Positions 59,150 to 64,000 of a stretch of DNA of 64,000 nt are shown in pieces. Every line of letters starts with the position of its first letter. The first letter of the stretch is position 1. Source of the stretch: Pavona decussata (Eukaryota); NCBI GenBank assembly GCA_977016875.1, contig CDRNST010000144.1:6448001-6512000 (forward strand), given 5' to 3'. The position numbers were made by a program, and so were the translations under genes. The notes under the pieces were generated by a model, which saw nothing but the letters and a program-made list of their open reading frames with translations, had not been told where the DNA came from and made no database searches.

Positions 59150-59465
59150 ACTGAGTGGAGTGCAATTTGGTCTGAAATCATACGCATAATTTCAAAATCG
59201 AACGGGCGCGCAGCTCGAGTTTGATTTTAAATCACAAGTATGCTTTCAGATCAAAATTGCATGACACAAAGTTACCACTTCATTACACTTATTTTGAAAT
59301 CACAGAGTATCATTATCAATATTTATATTCTATTCTTGTTACTTCATTTCCATTTTCATGGGCTAAATAAAGCATGCGATTTAGAGCAAAAAATGGTGCA
59401 ATTTGGGAATAAATCACACTGTTGAGAGCCATGAGATTTCAAAATGGGTGTAATAAAAGAAATAA
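59150..59465. repeat. Hairpin-containing interspersed repeat
   Basis: TGCAATTTGGTCTGAAATCATAC ... GTATGCTTTCAGATCAAAATTGCA inverted pair at 59161-59261. Confidence 0.55.
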
Positions 59466-60430
59466 TCGCACGGCTATTATTCCAAGAAATACGTTATTTC
59501 TCAACTTATTTTTTTCTCTTAAGAATAACATTAAAGTGGCACTAATGCTGAAAAAATTATTTACCCCTTTTCGTGCCTCAATCCAAATTTCAATGAGTTC
59601 ATAATTGCAAATATTACTGAACCTGGAAAGACTGTCTGAAAACAATTGAAACCCTGTCCACCATTACTCAGTTTGAAAAGTGAAGCCCATGAATTCTACA
59701 AAGCTGTGCATGTTGCTTCTATTGCATCTTGTGTGATGTCATAAAATCCTAATTTTTGTTTGTTTGTTTGTTTTTTGCATTTTTGTTTTGCTGCTGTTTT
59801 TGTTATTACAATAACACTCCAGCAATCTCTATCAGTAAACAACTTCCATAATCACTTCACTGAGCTCTACAGTAACATGTTTTGGCTTTAGAATGAATTC
59901 TTGCTTTTCAGAAATCCAAGGCATTTTCTATAACCGTGAAATTCAAATACCCACATTTCCCTAAAATATCCCTATTAATACAGATACCGATATTAATACT
60001 TTTATGGTTCTTAATGTGCTATTAACAGATCTAAACAAAAAGCTTAATAAAATTTACTATAGCATTATTTACCATAGGGGGCCATTTACACAATTCATAA
60101 TTCTCCCTGTGCAGCTAGATCCAGCTCTCTATCTGGTTCTCAGCAATTTTTTGGAATCGAGTAATGGCAGCAAGGCAAAGCTGAATTTCACCTTTGAAAT
60201 AACCAGTCTTCCAGTTGTGATATCAATGTAAATTTGGTGTTGCAAGTATTTATCACAGACTTCTACTTTCAAAAGCTGAAGGGGAAAAGGGATCAAGCAA
60301 ACTGTTAATCATAGTCCACTTTAAATTCACACAATTGCACTGCTTTCTATCATGCATAAAGTTTGGTATTAATAATGACACTTTTGCAGTTTGCAATAAA
60401 TTTTAAATGTTTGCAAACTGAATCCATTTG

Positions 60431-60576
60431 CAGTCGACTCTGGATGACTCGAACCCTTGCTAACTCAAACCAAATTTCTTTTCCTTTCATGTCATGTTGT
60501 ATTTAGTTTTACCCTCAATAACTCGAACCTTTTTTCAATTTCCCTTGAAGGATCGAGTTATCGAGAGTCGACTACA
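60431..60576. mobile_element. pogo/Tigger-like mini-MITE
   Basis: CAGTCGACTCT.GAT.ACTCGA versus TCGAGTTATCGAGAGTCGACT. Confidence 0.65.
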
Positions 60577-60741
60577 GTTTTTAATTTGTGAAGTTTATTC
60601 TAAGTACTGGTTAAATATCTACCTGGACAAAATATAAAATTAATCCTTGTTAAAGAAATAATCTAAGCGAGTGACGGTCAACTTACATTTAAGAGTTACA
60701 TTTATCACAAAGTTCACATTGCAAACTATTGATTTTGATAG

Positions 60742-63700
60742 GAGAAGAGTTTGAAGGAGAGAATCCTGCATCAGAAAATCGCCTGCTTTTAGTGCAAAAT
60801 TACCCAACGCTGGAAACACAGCAACCTGATCCGGAATTTAATTACCGTGACCATTCAGAAGATCCTCAGTTAATGGCAAGAGCAAGGGCTGTTGGTGTAC
60901 AGTATGAGTTTGCACAACAGGGTGTAGTGGAAACTGAGGATGATAGGAGAAAAAGAAAGCGACGAAATCAAAGGAGAGTGTCAGATGAGGAAAAAAGGTT
61001 GCGTGAAGTTGTTGGAGACCTACCGCCACCTCCATCAGCAGGATCAAGTCAGATAGAGGACAATGCACACTGTGCAATACGCTCATTTGAGGTGCAGCAG
61101 ATGACATAAAAGTTCGGTTGTTGTGAGGTTTGCAAGGAACGGCGGTTAGAATGCAAAGCCACAGGAAACACGTGCACTTGTTGCAGGAGAGATAAGAAGG
61201 TACCAAAAGTTTGGTCTGATGAAAACAATATGGACCCTTCTAGTGTTCCCGAGGAGCTGTCTGGAATGTCAGATGCTGAGCAGATGCTGATAGCGACACT
61301 AGCACCCACTGTGCATGTACACATGTTGAGGCATGGAGGTATCGCGTCAAGAGGACATTCCATTGCATTTCCTCAGGCTGTTCAAGAACCTGCAACCATT
61401 CTGCCACGCCTACCAGCAGACGTCGATAACATTCGTGTGAGAAGACAAGGAAAAAATGATACCCATAAGGACTTCAGGGTCAGAAGGCACCGTGTTGAAG
61501 GAGCTCCTCGGTTTCTAAAGGATAATAATCCCGCTTATAGTGACATTGTCATAGATGCTGCTCGCATACATAATTTACCGGAGGATGGTGAGTTGCCCAA
61601 TTTGAGAACTGTTGAGTTTTCTGAAACAGAACACATGGATGACCAAGGCCCAGCTCCACAGCAATTGGATGCTGGTGAAACAGATGGTAGCGATGACTCA
61701 ACAGTCTCTGAGTTCTTCTTACTGAGCCAGGAGAGAACGTGCAAGCACAAGTTAATGCTGCCATAAATCAAGTTGTGTCTGAACCAAGGGAAGGAGAGTC
61801 AGACGAGGCTCAACAAGGCATGGAACGACCAGTGATCCCATGGCCGACTACTGACGCAACTCCAGCATCTGAGTTCAACACTCCTTACTTTTTCACAATG
61901 GCATTTCCTTGCTTGTCTCCTTATGGAAAGGGTGATTTCCACATCAACCGTCCATGAACATGTCCTGCACTTCACGAGTGGGCGGAGCACTTGCTGTGGT
62001 ATCAAGACGGAAGGTTTGCACGGCATAAAGTATGGAAGTTTGTTGTTCACAACATGATCATGAAATAGCGTGCATTGGAGCAGAGCAGGTGGTGGTAAGC
62101 TACTTTGACCTACGTACCCAGTCATACCATGAAAAGGTACTGAAGCCAGTGTTTGGTGTATCTGATTATTGGTACCGCTATGAATTTGCCAAGTCCCGGG
62201 GTCAAATTCATTGGCACCAACTAAGCTGGAGAGATGACAGACAGCCACACCAGCTGTTGCATGAAGCTCGTGAAGATGGTTGTGACGAAGATGAGTATGC
62301 AGCTAGACTTAGCCAGTGGGCTGATGAAAACTTTGCCATGACAGCATCACACCCAGCTGGCAGTGATGAAGAAGGACAGCCAAGAAAAGACCTTTGGCCA
62401 CCACCTGAGGGTTCAGCTGTAGAAATATCACATGAAAGGGATCCCCTGGTGAACATGCTACTGGAAATAGCTGCAACACAAAATGCAATACTGGAAGATC
62501 ATTTGCTTCTTGTGAACCGAGTTGGGCTGCACAGTTGTTCCGATTACTGCTTGAGGACTCCTCGTCACCCTGAGCCAGGATTGCAGCCAAGAAAACGTGT
62601 ACGCAGGATGGAGTTTAGAAGCGAGTTTTCCCCAGGGAAGAACCTGCGGAACGACCCAGAAATTGTGGGAGATCATAATAGAGCTCCTCACCTTGAGATG
62701 CCACATGACCATCCACGTGCGGTTCAGCATTCTCACTATCAAATATAGTCTTGGAGAGCAAATCCGGACGTAAGCTTGATTCTTTCTAATTCTCCCCCAG
62801 ACAATCCTAGCACCGATGATATCATAGCAATAATTGATTATGTGTGTGGGTATGTTTGCAAGGATAGTGAACCCACTGGTGCAACTGCTGATCTTTTTAA
62901 GGACATGGTCAATGCTGTTGATGCAACTGATGCAGACCAAGTGACCGGCAAGTCAATGTGTGCTAAAATGCTAATCAAGACTGTAGGAAGACGAGATATC
63001 AGTGGACCTGAGTCATCGTTTGAGTTGAGTGGACTAGCACTTTGGGGATGTAGCTGTTCATTCACGTACTTGTCTATGTCAGGCTCAAGGCGACTTGAAC
63101 GTGATGGTGAGACTGCAACTCGCAGCACCCCTATGGATAAGTACCTTGCACGACCACGTGAGGAGCACTCTTCTTTGTACCATTTTGCATCAAAAAATGG
63201 TAGGGTTCCTGTAGTAAGTGGTGGTGCAACACACGCAACATGGCCATTGAATAACGACTACTGTAGAACAATGCTTCTGTTGCACTGGCCAAACTGGTTT
63301 AACATCCAAGAAGTAAAGGAAGATGCTGAATCTTGGATTGAGAGGTTTACCGATTTCATTTCTAGTAATGAGTGCCCAGCATTCGTGAAGGCCCAGGTTG
63401 CAAAGGCACAGCGTTATGCAGAGCAATCACAAGAGCCGGTATTCGTAGAGGATGAGGATGATGATGCTGTAGAAGCCGAACAACAACCAGATTGGGTGGA
63501 TGTCTATGCAGCGCAGAACCAGAGATATGAGGGTGTGGAGAAGGATTTGGATTATGATGATGGTGGAGAGGACTATGACTGGAACAGCACCTGCATTGTT
63601 CTTCCTGGGGACAAAGACCCCAAGAAATGGCTTGAAGAAATAATCAAAGAAGACGAACAACGGGAAACGGAAACTGCAGGCCTTGAATTGCCACAGGTGT

Positions 63701-64000
63701 CTCCGTTCTCCCTAAATGAGAATCAGAGAGCCATAGTGAGTCTGGTGTTGCCACTCTCTACAACTTTGTTGAAAACTGACCAAATTACCATCCTTTGCGG
63801 CTTGTTGTATCCGGAACTGCTGGAACTGGAAAGTCATATGTTATCAAGTGCCTTCAGAGGTTAGTGCGGCAAGTGTTTGGAACAAATGACGCAATAGAGG
63901 TAATAACCCCAACAGGGAGTGCTGCCTATCTCGTTCAAGGAAGTACAGTTCACAGTTTTTTACAAATCCCAACAGGGGGAAGGTCTTGCAACGAGCTGAC
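60742..64000 (+). mobile_element. Helitron-family Rep-PIF1 helicase pseudogene, continuing beyond the window
   Basis: CCEVC..CTCC; P.EL..M...EQMLIA..GH.I.FPQ; MAFPCL.PYG.G; HUH motif YEFAKSRGQIHWH; WRAN.D..YVCGYVCK; Walker A GTAGTGKS (63813-63836); PTGSAA...G.TVHS; multiple stops and frameshifts. Confidence 0.92.

Overview
AT-rich eukaryotic DNA with spliceosomal GT-AG introns and no operons, rRNA, tRNA or CRISPR. The repeat families suggest a marine invertebrate, probably a cnidarian or coral (inference). The window is almost entirely nested, mostly decayed transposable elements and I cannot support any intact host gene. Retroelements: three CR1/L2-group LINE pieces (one with an uninterrupted APE-RT frame), a complete Mag-like Gypsy element with identical LTRs, a DIRS tyrosine-recombinase 3' end and two Penelope relics, one with an intact minimal hammerhead ribozyme. 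DNA elements: a DD37E Tc1-type element, an intron-containing Sola3-like transposase followed by an F-box/LRR ORF, EnSpm/CACTA relics, a THAP-DDE ISL2EU-like two-gene element, piggyBac-, Kolobok-, Transib- and MULE-type non-autonomous elements, and a Helitron Rep-helicase running off the right edge. Three things stand out. (1) A CAC-ended, 2-bp-TSD element at 30304-36124 encodes a RAG1/Transib/Chapaev-like transposase tail-to-tail with an unknown partner gene. (2) A three-gene module at ~25690-29260 combines a paired-domain IS630-type transposase, a Harbinger-type DDE nuclease and an orphan spliced gene. (3) A hammerhead ribozyme lies inside a MULE-type MITE. All family assignments come from motif recognition by eye, not database searches.
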